Source: a virus
Taxonomy: Duplodnaviria > Caudoviricetes
Strand: one strand, 5' to 3'
DNA: 53,028 bases
Virus record (IMG/VR): IMGVR_UViG_3300030380_002089
Location: 1 to 53,028 of that record
Positions 26,701-35,102 of the stretch are shown piece by piece. Made by a program: the position numbers and the translations under genes. The notes beneath the pieces were generated by a model. That model made no database searches. It saw only the letters and a list, made by a program, of their open reading frames with translations, and had not been told where the DNA came from. Every line of letters begins with the position of its first letter. Within the stretch, counting starts at the first letter, position 1.

Positions 26701-29382
26701 GAAAATGACCTTAGTAGGTCTAATCCTTTTGCAGAGTCAGCGAAAGATTTTGCACATAACAGTGATATAACTTTTAACATAAACGATTTTATGAAAGCGG
26801 GTGGTGATTTCGATAAATACTTGTCACAAATGGCTGATAAACTTGGATTAAATTATGATGATTTTCATACTAAAGAAACACTTAATCATTTCTTTGATTC
26901 AACTGTTAACCCCTCTTGGGAAACTGCAATCCAAGCGGGATTGGATGATTACCCAATACCAGTTCAAACTATGGGTAATTGGGCTAAATCTCATTTTCCC
27001 GAATTGTCTGACACAGATTTAAATCATCATTTGAATCTAATGAGGCAACCTAGAGGCTTTTCTCAGGCTGAAAATAACAATATTACTAATGCTTATAATG
27101 CTATAGAAAGAGCAATATTACCTCACAAAACAGGTATGGGGGGTAGTGTAAAGCGAGGTATAGGAGAGAGAAATGATATTTTAGGATTGGGTATACACCT
27201 CGCTGTAAGTCCAGATGAAAGAAAACATGATGATTTTAAATCACAATTAGAAGATATAAGCACCCGTACATCTAAAAATATTCGAGGAAGAGGGGATGTT
27301 AGTTCAGCAATAAATCAAAAATTAATGGACTTAAGAGATAAAATGCAAAATCTTTACACATTTCCAAAAGAAAAAGAAGCAGGTGTGAGTGCTAAACAAA
27401 GAAGAATAAGAAATAAATCTTATAGGCATCAGCATCTATTTGATTCTTTGGTTTTTAGTAACCCCGCTATAGAGCCGACTAGTGCCCCTACTTCTTTACC
27501 TACTGTGCAGCATCAGTTTGATTTACAACCCATAGAACCATTCGGGCCTGATGCAAAAGCAACTCCCTACTCTTTGTATAACTCATCAGGATTTATGCAC
27601 GAGTTCGGACATAATGTACCTGTTACATTTGATTATCATATAAATAGGGATGGGAAGATAGAAATAATGCCCTTCTCTGAACCTAAGCGTATGAGGCTGG
27701 TTCAGCCTACTCGTAAGTTTTGGGGTGCTTTGGGAATGCAAGATGTATTAGACGGCGTTGATTGGCGACAATACAACTTAGCAGAGCATCAACCTGCTCA
27801 ATTCAGAAATGATAGAAATACTTTCAACTCATTCGCTAAATCTGAATTTAACTTAGCAACCTTGACTAATCCAGATATAATAAGAAAAGAGATAGGTAAA
27901 GAAGTTCCTATTCTTCAACCAATGCATCGCATCTTTGAACTTGGGGACCTTGAGCACTTAAGAGGATTTACAGGAGATTGGATTGTGTCTGCTATGCCAA
28001 AAGGTGACAGGGGCTTTGTTAAGAAAGAAGATGAAGAGGTTTCATCTGATGCCTTTACTTTATCCGATGAAGACAAAGATAATTTCAAGAAGGTAACTGA
28101 TAACGATTATCATTTAGATGTTTTCAAAACTGATGAGGGCTACTACATATTTGATATACTGAAATACGATGATAAAGAAGTTCACGACATACCTATGGAT
28201 GAAAGAATAAAAATACTTAGAGGTGGATTAGAAGGTGTAGAAAACATACATGTTCCAAGCGCCAGTGATACTCGACTTACAGATGATGCTGGTCTTAAAT
28301 TGACTGTCGATAATTTACAAGAGGAGCATGATGAGTTGTTACTTAGGGATGCTAAATCTACTTACATGGCTGGTGAACTACGCCATCCTAAATGGGTTTT
28401 GTTGAGTCCCGGCAATGATGTAGTAGTCAGAGTATTAGAGCGTAGAGGTAACGGACCATATACTTACAGACTAGGGACTGGCCCAATTACACAAGATGAT
28501 GATTTAGGAGACAGGGCTGTAGAGTCTGATGGAGAAATGTACATGGATTTGGGCGCTGCTTTCGATAGTCCTGACAAATACAATGAGGGCGACCATGTGA
28601 AGGTTAATGTTTCTAATGTAGCCGAATCAGAAACTTCTGATGGTAATAAATTGTATACAGTAAGTGGTTCTGATATTCAAGAGGAGGCTGAGGGCGAAGG
28701 GTTAGTTAGTCAAGAAACACTTTCTTTGTTAGCCAAATCTGAAAATCCTCAATGGCTGTGCGAAGTCTATAGAGCAGGTAGCGGTATTAGAGTAACTATG
28801 CCTCAAGGAGATGTAGTTTACAAGTGTACACAATCTGGTAGTAGTTGGACTGTTCATAGTCCACTAGCGTCTAATACCTATCTCATAAGAATGTCTGAAA
28901 GCCAAAGACCTTACTGGGCACCAGTTGCAGGTGCTTTACTCAAGGCTGATGTGGAAATAACCGAGCCAGAGCAAGAAGATAAAGCAGAAGTGCACGAATC
29001 TAAAAATGATGGTAAGCCGTTGATGCCCCCTAAGAAAATAAAAGATTCGGAGTGGTGGGCCAATCAAAGTAAAAACAAAGTTTTAGTCAAGGGTTTACAA
29101 TTAGTAGAAAAGTTACTGAAAAGTGGAGTAGGTGCAGTAGGTCAATCGAGTACAGGTACTATGGGTCTAGGTATTGATTATGCTACCCCTATAGAATCGC
29201 CTATGGGACCGACTAATTTACACGATAAGAAAACTATGCCCGATTACGATGTTAGAGACATGGAGGAAGATTCTTCTATAGAAGCAGATACTGAGGAAAA
29301 GGAAGAGTCTAAACGCATGACTGTGCCTACAAAAGAAGGCGTTTTGGAGATAACAGAGGATTCTGCCATCTTCCGTACTTAG
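23800..29382 (+). CDS. 1,860-aa protein with a C-terminal degenerate ATP-dependent DNA-ligase (NTase + OB) domain
   Basis: At about 27920-28740: WIVSAMPKGDR (motif I position), YIFDILKYDDKEVHDIPMDERIKIL, LLLRDAKSTYMAGELRHPKWVLL, then OB-like strands. It lies between portal and prohead protease. Confidence 0.7.
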   Translation: MREGHLDIFDRNKTIFIQSLHDNIGKADAGADYYFSAINLQRHGYILSPQDESLLKMVDSIIKQDEFADSLQGTALGEGYGLLPDPSYDTSRVQRPQPGQPFTGANIQLNPGDPNTDSHHDIDYFNSHMFPLYGKMGNVISDFYLPQEAGLDSQSKIDAGKENHFDNKHTVDDYSDYTSSKHLLNHAHYHNLDADMTNHDIYDRNYRNWHSSNDAKVSQITANMHEQGIYDEAIIDHELRKLHMDEAKQGWNKNLTFTDYLLGLEWLNPEQRNQAYDYLSKNGISQKHNGLKLEGGSDWRGRLVRNFHQRFAPVYNHWIGKPQKPGFGVAAQRKELPAKAREPGIEENLGAFSAVKDGYQRAIDYWKSKTGSKASTAGQYPSLYTSLEGVRTLQFNPLRGGIRSENINNLRPGDVPGMEFKTMQVMLGIDNNNRLHQAGQHPLYGDDWHPDESPFTQEEIDKILNKRYELTKEIYTGRVSKNEAGVHYNTFQDKDSHDSEYTEGGQSHDTLSTHWQRPFFGKGGLSKHPNLLFDKLHNATILYGKNHFGAKQPEKDIVESDDIYQDIDFEQLRGADNLEGEFSNDPYHDKFHPENVTTDGKGHEHSLWFKKDSAGNRIMPRTDEFADDSDDRDFLQFSMKSFLAPFASRPTELIEGQHETFIDRGGPLNSINNLSPSQANRVKLGLASQGNTHVERHAETVAPAYSNQLTREHEDLTFDRESKDAEKIRNALAGRISGGLETYNRFSHKGGIHDPREQLKVAGRDAYSIAHDLHLHGPPGSPIDIGGPKGQHPLASGEKGFLPLTLPLDSQDGMVDTPMSRNLRAKHAQESEALENVIDELEQKLSVALPNEKEALEDLINANEERLAELDEKMERGYAQVEAKPYDGNAPLWLQSRGEKLASDDNALAQAAAMWAPQFPQLFDRSLPPDVLDGNTRQFARMMNDFLHTAPHEVHGIHTLSPNQGVNENDLSRSNPFAESAKDFAHNSDITFNINDFMKAGGDFDKYLSQMADKLGLNYDDFHTKETLNHFFDSTVNPSWETAIQAGLDDYPIPVQTMGNWAKSHFPELSDTDLNHHLNLMRQPRGFSQAENNNITNAYNAIERAILPHKTGMGGSVKRGIGERNDILGLGIHLAVSPDERKHDDFKSQLEDISTRTSKNIRGRGDVSSAINQKLMDLRDKMQNLYTFPKEKEAGVSAKQRRIRNKSYRHQHLFDSLVFSNPAIEPTSAPTSLPTVQHQFDLQPIEPFGPDAKATPYSLYNSSGFMHEFGHNVPVTFDYHINRDGKIEIMPFSEPKRMRLVQPTRKFWGALGMQDVLDGVDWRQYNLAEHQPAQFRNDRNTFNSFAKSEFNLATLTNPDIIRKEIGKEVPILQPMHRIFELGDLEHLRGFTGDWIVSAMPKGDRGFVKKEDEEVSSDAFTLSDEDKDNFKKVTDNDYHLDVFKTDEGYYIFDILKYDDKEVHDIPMDERIKILRGGLEGVENIHVPSASDTRLTDDAGLKLTVDNLQEEHDELLLRDAKSTYMAGELRHPKWVLLSPGNDVVVRVLERRGNGPYTYRLGTGPITQDDDLGDRAVESDGEMYMDLGAAFDSPDKYNEGDHVKVNVSNVAESETSDGNKLYTVSGSDIQEEAEGEGLVSQETLSLLAKSENPQWLCEVYRAGSGIRVTMPQGDVVYKCTQSGSSWTVHSPLASNTYLIRMSESQRPYWAPVAGALLKADVEITEPEQEDKAEVHESKNDGKPLMPPKKIKDSEWWANQSKNKVLVKGLQLVEKLLKSGVGAVGQSSTGTMGLGIDYATPIESPMGPTNLHDKKTMPDYDVRDMEEDSSIEADTEEKEESKRMTVPTKEGVLEITEDSAIFRT

Positions 29383-29413
29383 TTATATAGTATGAGCATT
29401 GTCTATAGAAGCA

Positions 29414-30832
29414 ATGACAGCCTCATCTTTGCTGAGAACCTCTCCGGTTTCGCATTTTGGTGACATTAACATTATCAAGGCTGACAATGACTTGGTTATC
29501 GCTGGATATGCATCTGTTGAGATGGTAGATAAGCAAGGGGATTTAATTACTCGTGGCGCTTTGAAAAACGCCTTTGGTGACTTTATGAAAGCAAATGGCT
29601 ATCGCAATGTTCAACTAGCACATTCCAACATACAAGTAGGGGAAGTAATTCCTAACTATACAGACTCTGACGGAAGAGTTTGGAAATCCGGTGTCGATGA
29701 TGCCGGAATGTTTGTAGTAATTAAACTACGAGATGATATAGAAAAGGCAAGAGAAGTTGCCAACGAGATTCGCAAAGGTGCCCTTAGAGGTTTCAGCATC
29801 GGAGGACAGGCATTCAAAAGAATGAATAAGTCTGACGATAAACATGGAAATTATACAGAGATTTCCAAGTTGGAACTACATGAGGTTACTATTTGTGAAA
29901 AAGGTATAAACCCGGAGGCGACATTCCGTATATTGAAGGAGGACAATAGTATGACAAATGAAAATAATGCAATGACTGAACTATCGAGTGTGTTAGACAG
30001 ATTGAATGGCCGCCTTGACGCAATGGAAAAAGGCGAATTTGCTAAAGAAATGGATGACAAAGCCATGCCGGAAGGTCTTAGAGAACACATGGAAGATAAG
30101 AAAAAAGATAAAAAAGACGAGGCTAAAGAAATGGCTGAGGATAATGAAGATAAGAAAATGTACGGTGCCGACCACAAAGGTATGCATGGTGAAATGGCTA
30201 AGGGTGAAGAATACTCTGATGTTATCTCCAGCGACTACCTGAACTGGATGGAAAGTACCTTGAAAGGACAAGGTGTTGACATTGGTGGCGCTCGTGCTCA
30301 CTTTGACAGCGTATCTAAAGCAAATCTTGGTAGCACACCAGAAGCAATTGGTGACGGTGCTGACTACTTCGCTGGACAAGTTAAGGGTCGTGCCCAAGAA
30401 GGCGGAAACCCATCAACTGGTGCTGTTGGTAAAATAAACAGTGGTAAAGAAGTAGCCAAAGGTTACCTAAGCCCAAGTAATGTTACCTCTGCTGATGTAG
30501 AGGCTGCTTATGAAGTTTACAAAGCCGCTGCTCTTGAAGAACAATTCAAAAGCAATCTAAACGGTGTATTCGCTGAAAGACTTAACAAAGAACTTACTTC
30601 GGAAGCCCAAGCAAGAGAAGCCGCTTCATTCGATGCAAGAACACCACTTGCTAACATCGAAAAGGCTCTATCTGACTTGAGTTCAAGAATCGACAATATC
30701 TCCACTGCTGCTCCAGAAGCAACAATTCGCAAGAGCAGTGACATGTCCAAAGTTGAAATACCATCAACTGAGGAACTTAACTCAATGAGTTGGGATGATG
30801 TACACAGACTAGCAGGGAGTGTCTGGAACTAG
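29414..30832 (+). CDS. Prohead protease (HK97-type) fused to a C-terminal scaffold
   Basis: IAGYASVEMVDKQGD, LAHSN (catalytic His), GFSIGG (catalytic Ser), LHEVTICEKGINPEATF, then a charged coiled-coil C-terminal half. Start at ATG 29414 (TTATATAG at 29383). Confidence 0.9.
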   Translation: MTASSLLRTSPVSHFGDINIIKADNDLVIAGYASVEMVDKQGDLITRGALKNAFGDFMKANGYRNVQLAHSNIQVGEVIPNYTDSDGRVWKSGVDDAGMFVVIKLRDDIEKAREVANEIRKGALRGFSIGGQAFKRMNKSDDKHGNYTEISKLELHEVTICEKGINPEATFRILKEDNSMTNENNAMTELSSVLDRLNGRLDAMEKGEFAKEMDDKAMPEGLREHMEDKKKDKKDEAKEMAEDNEDKKMYGADHKGMHGEMAKGEEYSDVISSDYLNWMESTLKGQGVDIGGARAHFDSVSKANLGSTPEAIGDGADYFAGQVKGRAQEGGNPSTGAVGKINSGKEVAKGYLSPSNVTSADVEAAYEVYKAAALEEQFKSNLNGVFAERLNKELTSEAQAREAASFDARTPLANIEKALSDLSSRIDNISTAAPEATIRKSSDMSKVEIPSTEELNSMSWDDVHRLAGSVWN

Positions 30833-30849
30833 ATAAAGGAGGACTATAT

Positions 30850-32019
30850 ATGGCAAGAAATTATATGAGAACAGTAAATGATATGGAGCGCTATTATTAT
30901 GGCGCTGGGCAAAGCATGGGGTATTCCTACAGTGGTTCTGAACTACTAAAGGCAGATGCACCTATGCTTTCCACTACAGCGGGAACATACCAAGCAATAT
31001 ACGGTAGAAAAGTATGGAGCCAGTTGAACCAAGAGTTCAACGCATTCTCCATCCTACCTAAGAAACCTTGGGACAGAAGTGGATGGCGTGTTGTAACCGC
31101 TAAGCCTTCTGACACAGTTGGTGGAGGAATTGCAGAGAACGGTACTCTACCGGAAACTCAAAAACCAACTTTCCAAAATGTTGCAGCGAAGCCAAAGACC
31201 GTCGCTCACTCATTCGATATGTCTGAGATGGCAATTTTCCTAAACGATAAAGATGATGGTCTAGGTGACATTCGCTCAGTATTGAAAGAAGAAATGGGTA
31301 AGCACCACGCAGAGATGATTAACAAAATGCTACTTAGAGACACTGACACCCCAGCAGGTAATGATATTGAGTCACTTGACCGTGTTACCGCCGGTCACGC
31401 TGCAAGTTTAACTACCAGTACAAGTGCAATTGCAGATGGAACAGGTCACATCAGTGCAGCAACTGACTTAGATATTTATTCAATAAACCGTGAGACTAAC
31501 GCTTCATGGGCTAACGCTGAAATGTCAGTTAACGGTATTTCTGGTACCCCTACCAACAGAACTCTATCTCTCGACCACTTTGATGAATTATTCAGAAAGA
31601 TTTGGCAGAGAGGTGGTAATCCAAAGGTTATGCTAACTGGATATGACACTTTGATGAGACTTCAACAACTTCTACAAAGCCAACAAAGGTTCATGGAAGA
31701 AAAGCGTGTTGTACCAACTTACAACGGTGTCAAGGGTGTCCCCGGTATGGAAGCAGGGTTTATCGTCGCTACCTACAATGGTGTACCAATCATCCCATCT
31801 AAGGATGTTGAAGCCGATGGTATCAGCAGAATTTACATGTTAGACACTGACTACTTATACTACAGCACTGCTAAGCCTACACAATACTTTGAATCTGGTA
31901 TCGAAACTGGAGACCCATTCGCCATTAACAGACTTGGACAGGAAGGGCTTTATCGAACCATGGGTGAAATATGGACAACTTTCTTTGGAGGTCAAGGTTC
32001 AATCCGTGACTTACAGTAA
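30850..32019 (+). CDS. Major capsid protein (HK97 fold)
   Basis: Follows the protease; 389 aa with a strong AGGAGG SD. GGIAENG, KPKTVAHSF and YNGVPIIPS motifs; SELLK/ADAP near the N-terminus. Confidence 0.9.
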   Translation: MARNYMRTVNDMERYYYGAGQSMGYSYSGSELLKADAPMLSTTAGTYQAIYGRKVWSQLNQEFNAFSILPKKPWDRSGWRVVTAKPSDTVGGGIAENGTLPETQKPTFQNVAAKPKTVAHSFDMSEMAIFLNDKDDGLGDIRSVLKEEMGKHHAEMINKMLLRDTDTPAGNDIESLDRVTAGHAASLTTSTSAIADGTGHISAATDLDIYSINRETNASWANAEMSVNGISGTPTNRTLSLDHFDELFRKIWQRGGNPKVMLTGYDTLMRLQQLLQSQQRFMEEKRVVPTYNGVKGVPGMEAGFIVATYNGVPIIPSKDVEADGISRIYMLDTDYLYYSTAKPTQYFESGIETGDPFAINRLGQEGLYRTMGEIWTTFFGGQGSIRDLQ

Positions 32020-32057
32020 GGAGAATAATGGAGAAAAAATATAGGAGATGATTAAAT

Positions 32058-32459
32058 ATGGCAATAGAATTAACAATTAGCGGAACAGCAAGCGGAAACG
32101 CAACACTTGTAGGTGCATGGGAATTAAGAGCAGGTTCACATGGAACCACCGAATGGCTTGATGGAGCAGCAGATGTATCTTATCCGGGCGGAGGTCCGGG
32201 TACCTTCAACGCTTCTAACAGCGATGGAGCAAACGGATATGACCCAGCACCAAAGATGGCTATGATTACCCTTGGCTCAACAACTGATGGACAAACAATT
32301 GTTCTTGGTGGCGGTGCAACCGCTATTCTTGGATTTGTTGTATCAGCGGGCACAGCAAACATGGCTCAGTCAATTGGTGGAAATCACAGTGGACTTACTA
32401 TCACTTTGGAAACTACAGGAACTGTAACCAGTGGACAACTATTAGTGTTTTACAACTGA
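32058..32459 (+). CDS. Small virion structural protein (beta-rich; decoration candidate)
   Basis: G/T/A-rich, directly after the capsid gene, with AGGAGA SD. Confidence 0.6.
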   Translation: MAIELTISGTASGNATLVGAWELRAGSHGTTEWLDGAADVSYPGGGPGTFNASNSDGANGYDPAPKMAMITLGSTTDGQTIVLGGGATAILGFVVSAGTANMAQSIGGNHSGLTITLETTGTVTSGQLLVFYN

Positions 32460-32470
32460 GGTGAGGAAAC

Positions 32471-32875
32471 TTGCCTAAGATAACCTACATAGGTTCTAAC
32501 CCTTATCTCAAATTGCGAGACGATACAGAAATGTATCGTGGCCAAGTTAGAGAGGTTTCCCAAGAGTGGCTGAATAAATACAGACAATGGGCAACACAAA
32601 AAGGTCCTAAGAACCTACTCATAGAAGGTGATGAAGGCGTTACTAAAGACGCTGGAAATGACGGACTACCTGATTCTGGTTGGACTAAGAAGGACATTAC
32701 TACATGGTTGAAAGATAAGGGAGTAACTGTAACAGGCTACGCTACCAAAGGTAAACTTTTGGATAAAGTAAAGACCGCCCTCAATCCACCGGCACCAGAG
32801 CCAGTGGTTGAGGAGGTCTTGGTAGAAGAGACTAAAGCAGAAGACCCTATCGTAGAGACAAGCGGAGATGAATAA
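32471..32875 (+). CDS. Protein with a HeH/Rho-N-like helix-extended-helix motif
   Basis: WTKKDITTWLKDKGV...ATKGKLLDKV. TTG start after GAGGTGAGG. Confidence 0.6.
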   Translation: MPKITYIGSNPYLKLRDDTEMYRGQVREVSQEWLNKYRQWATQKGPKNLLIEGDEGVTKDAGNDGLPDSGWTKKDITTWLKDKGVTVTGYATKGKLLDKVKTALNPPAPEPVVEEVLVEETKAEDPIVETSGDE

Positions 32876-32877
32876 TT

Positions 32878-33120
32878 ATGGCAATAACAGTTGATGAAAG
32901 GCCCCATGTAATGGGTGATTTAATGTTGGTAACAGGAACTTGGGCTAATGGGGACACATCTATTGATTTGTCTGACATGTTAAGTTCTATAGTTATGGCT
33001 ATGGTATGCCCTAGCACCACTACCGAACAAGCAAATCCTATCAGCATAGTTGGTACTACAATACACTTTACAGAGTCAGGTAGTGACGATGGTGTATGGT
33101 CTGCATTAGGTCGCCGTTGA
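32878..33120 (+). CDS. Small virion protein, paralog 1 (minimal form)
   Basis: N-terminal DERPHVMGDLMLVTG..GDTSIDLS; C-terminal ALGRR. Confidence 0.7.
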   Translation: MAITVDERPHVMGDLMLVTGTWANGDTSIDLSDMLSSIVMAMVCPSTTTEQANPISIVGTTIHFTESGSDDGVWSALGRR

Positions 33121-33127
33121 TTAGGCG

Positions 33128-33823
33128 GTGACTCTAATGGGAATGGATATTGATAAGTTCAATGTTATAGAGAGAACATCTATTGGTGGGTCTTTACAAC
33201 TAGTAATAGTGGAACTTCAAGCAGGTACTTTTAATGACACCTCTGGTAATTTAATTGATGCTTTTAAAATTCAATACATGGATTTAGGGCTATCAGAGAT
33301 ATATGGCGCTAAGGTCTTGTTGGATGAAACTAATAGACCTACACTCGCTAATTGTAACGACGGTAGTAACAGCGCAGTAACTGTTAATATAGCAACTAGA
33401 GTATTTTACGATAATAATGCTCCCGGTTGGGTAACTATTGGTGAAATAACTAATGGTGGTTCTGGCTATACTGCTGGAACAAACCCTCCAAATAGAGGCG
33501 CAGAAAATTCTGCAAAAACAGACGGCTCTGGTCCTGTTATCTTTAATCCGTTAATAACTGCTAATGCAAGCGGCGTAGTAACTAGTGTTGCTATAGGTAT
33601 AACAAATGGTAACAGGGGTACTGGGTTTACTGACGGAGATTCAATTTATGTTAATCAGGCTGGCGGTACAGCAGGTGTAGCAACAGGTCATAATGCAGTT
33701 GCTAAAGTTATTGTCAATAAAGGAGGTCCTGAATTGACAATAGTAAATAGTTGTTCTGCTACGAAGGCTGCAAATCATAATACATCGACAGCGACTTTGA
33801 TGTTAATAGGGAGGAAAGGTTGA
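33128..33823 (+). CDS. Virion protein, divergent paralog 2, with a GGSGY-type insert
   Basis: ERTSIGGSLQLVIV ... LMLIGRKG, with an internal ITNGGSGYT / GFTDGD repeat-like insert. Confidence 0.65.
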   Translation: MTLMGMDIDKFNVIERTSIGGSLQLVIVELQAGTFNDTSGNLIDAFKIQYMDLGLSEIYGAKVLLDETNRPTLANCNDGSNSAVTVNIATRVFYDNNAPGWVTIGEITNGGSGYTAGTNPPNRGAENSAKTDGSGPVIFNPLITANASGVVTSVAIGITNGNRGTGFTDGDSIYVNQAGGTAGVATGHNAVAKVIVNKGGPELTIVNSCSATKAANHNTSTATLMLIGRKG

Positions 33824-34161
33824 TGGCATTAACAATCGATAATAGACCTACTTCAATTGGAGATATGGTTATATTAACAGGTACATTTGACGCAGGGGAC
33901 ACTAACTTAGATTTTAGTAGTCATGTTAGGAAAGTATTTTCTTTCAATATGTACCCGACTAATCTAAATACAGGAAGTCCTATAACAATGGCAACTAAAA
34001 CAATAAATATAGACGGCAATGATACTGTCGCTACAGTTGCTTTGGCTACAGGAGATTTTGCTGTAAAGTCAGGCGAAACTACAATAAAGATATTTGGTGA
34101 AATAACTAACCATGTGGTTGCTAAATATAATTATAAATATACATTGATAGGGAGGAGATGA
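33823..34161 (+). CDS. Small virion protein, paralog 3
   Basis: DNRPTSIGDMVILTGTFDAGDTNLDFS ... LIGRR. Confidence 0.7.
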   Translation: MALTIDNRPTSIGDMVILTGTFDAGDTNLDFSSHVRKVFSFNMYPTNLNTGSPITMATKTINIDGNDTVATVALATGDFAVKSGETTIKIFGEITNHVVAKYNYKYTLIGRR

Positions 34162-34162
34162 A

Positions 34163-34546
34163 TTGGTTGCCACTGTAGAATTTAATAGACCAGAAAAAGT
34201 AGGTAATTTAATATTTATCACTGGTGAATTTACTTCATCTGATACCTTACAAATCGATGTGTCTGATTTTGTTAATGAAATAATAGATGTTATGGTAATA
34301 CACGGAAATAACCCTAGAGGTGGTTCTGACACAACAGATAATTACCTTTTTGCTACTGATAGTGGCAGTTCGGATGATGCAGCCAACACTTATAAATTGT
34401 CAGCAGACTTTATACCCAAAGTAGACGGCACAGTAGTTGATTTTTTCTCAACAAAACAAACTCTAGCAGACGGTACAGTGGCCTTTAATAGCACAGTATT
34501 TGCTGCGGCTAGTGAAGGTAGATTTTGTATAATAGGTAGGAAGTAG
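34163..34546 (+). CDS. Small virion protein, paralog 4
   Basis: FNRPEKVGNLIFITGEFTSSDTLQIDVS ... IIGRK. Confidence 0.7.
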   Translation: MVATVEFNRPEKVGNLIFITGEFTSSDTLQIDVSDFVNEIIDVMVIHGNNPRGGSDTTDNYLFATDSGSSDDAANTYKLSADFIPKVDGTVVDFFSTKQTLADGTVAFNSTVFAAASEGRFCIIGRK

Positions 34547-34554
34547 GTGTTAAT

Positions 34555-34758
34555 ATGGCGAGTTTAAGTAAAGTAGCATCAAAGGTCGTAGGTCCACTTT
34601 CTCCACAAGAATTTAGTGATGCATCTACACTACAGACTACAATCAACACTGCTATACAAGCAGTGACTGGAGCCAGTGCAACAAATGCTATTCTTGGTAC
34701 AGAGATTATTACTGTTTTAGGAAATCATTTTCTAGTAGTGCTTTATCAACTATCCTGA
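34555..34758 (+). CDS. Small hypothetical virion protein
   Basis: 67-aa ORF with AGGTG SD. Confidence 0.65.
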   Translation: MASLSKVASKVVGPLSPQEFSDASTLQTTINTAIQAVTGASATNAILGTEIITVLGNHFLVVLYQLS

Positions 34759-34767
34759 GTTGGTTTA

Positions 34768-35049
34768 ATGAAGTCGGCTGGAAATATTGGCCTTGATGAT
34801 ATAGAGCGCTTACAGAAGCGTGGCATCAAACTCAATGAGTCTTACGGTGCATCGATTAGAACTGATGAAGATAACCCACTTGCTGGGTTTACTATGAAAC
34901 AACGCAATCGCAATAAGAATGCAGGGGATGTTCTTAACATTGGTTCAGGTACTAGATGTAAGCATTGCGGTATGCTTTATTTTTGCTGGGTTGACAAATG
35001 TAGAACTTGTAATAACAAGGTAGATTTTAATTTATCGACCAGAGAGTGA
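34768..35049 (+). CDS. Zinc-ribbon protein
   Basis: CKHCG...CRTCN. Confidence 0.7.
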   Translation: MKSAGNIGLDDIERLQKRGIKLNESYGASIRTDEDNPLAGFTMKQRNRNKNAGDVLNIGSGTRCKHCGMLYFCWVDKCRTCNNKVDFNLSTRE

Positions 35050-35102
35050 TAAGCGACAAGGTTAATTCATAAGCCTTTCATCGATGTACTGAGGGGAGCG
35101 AT

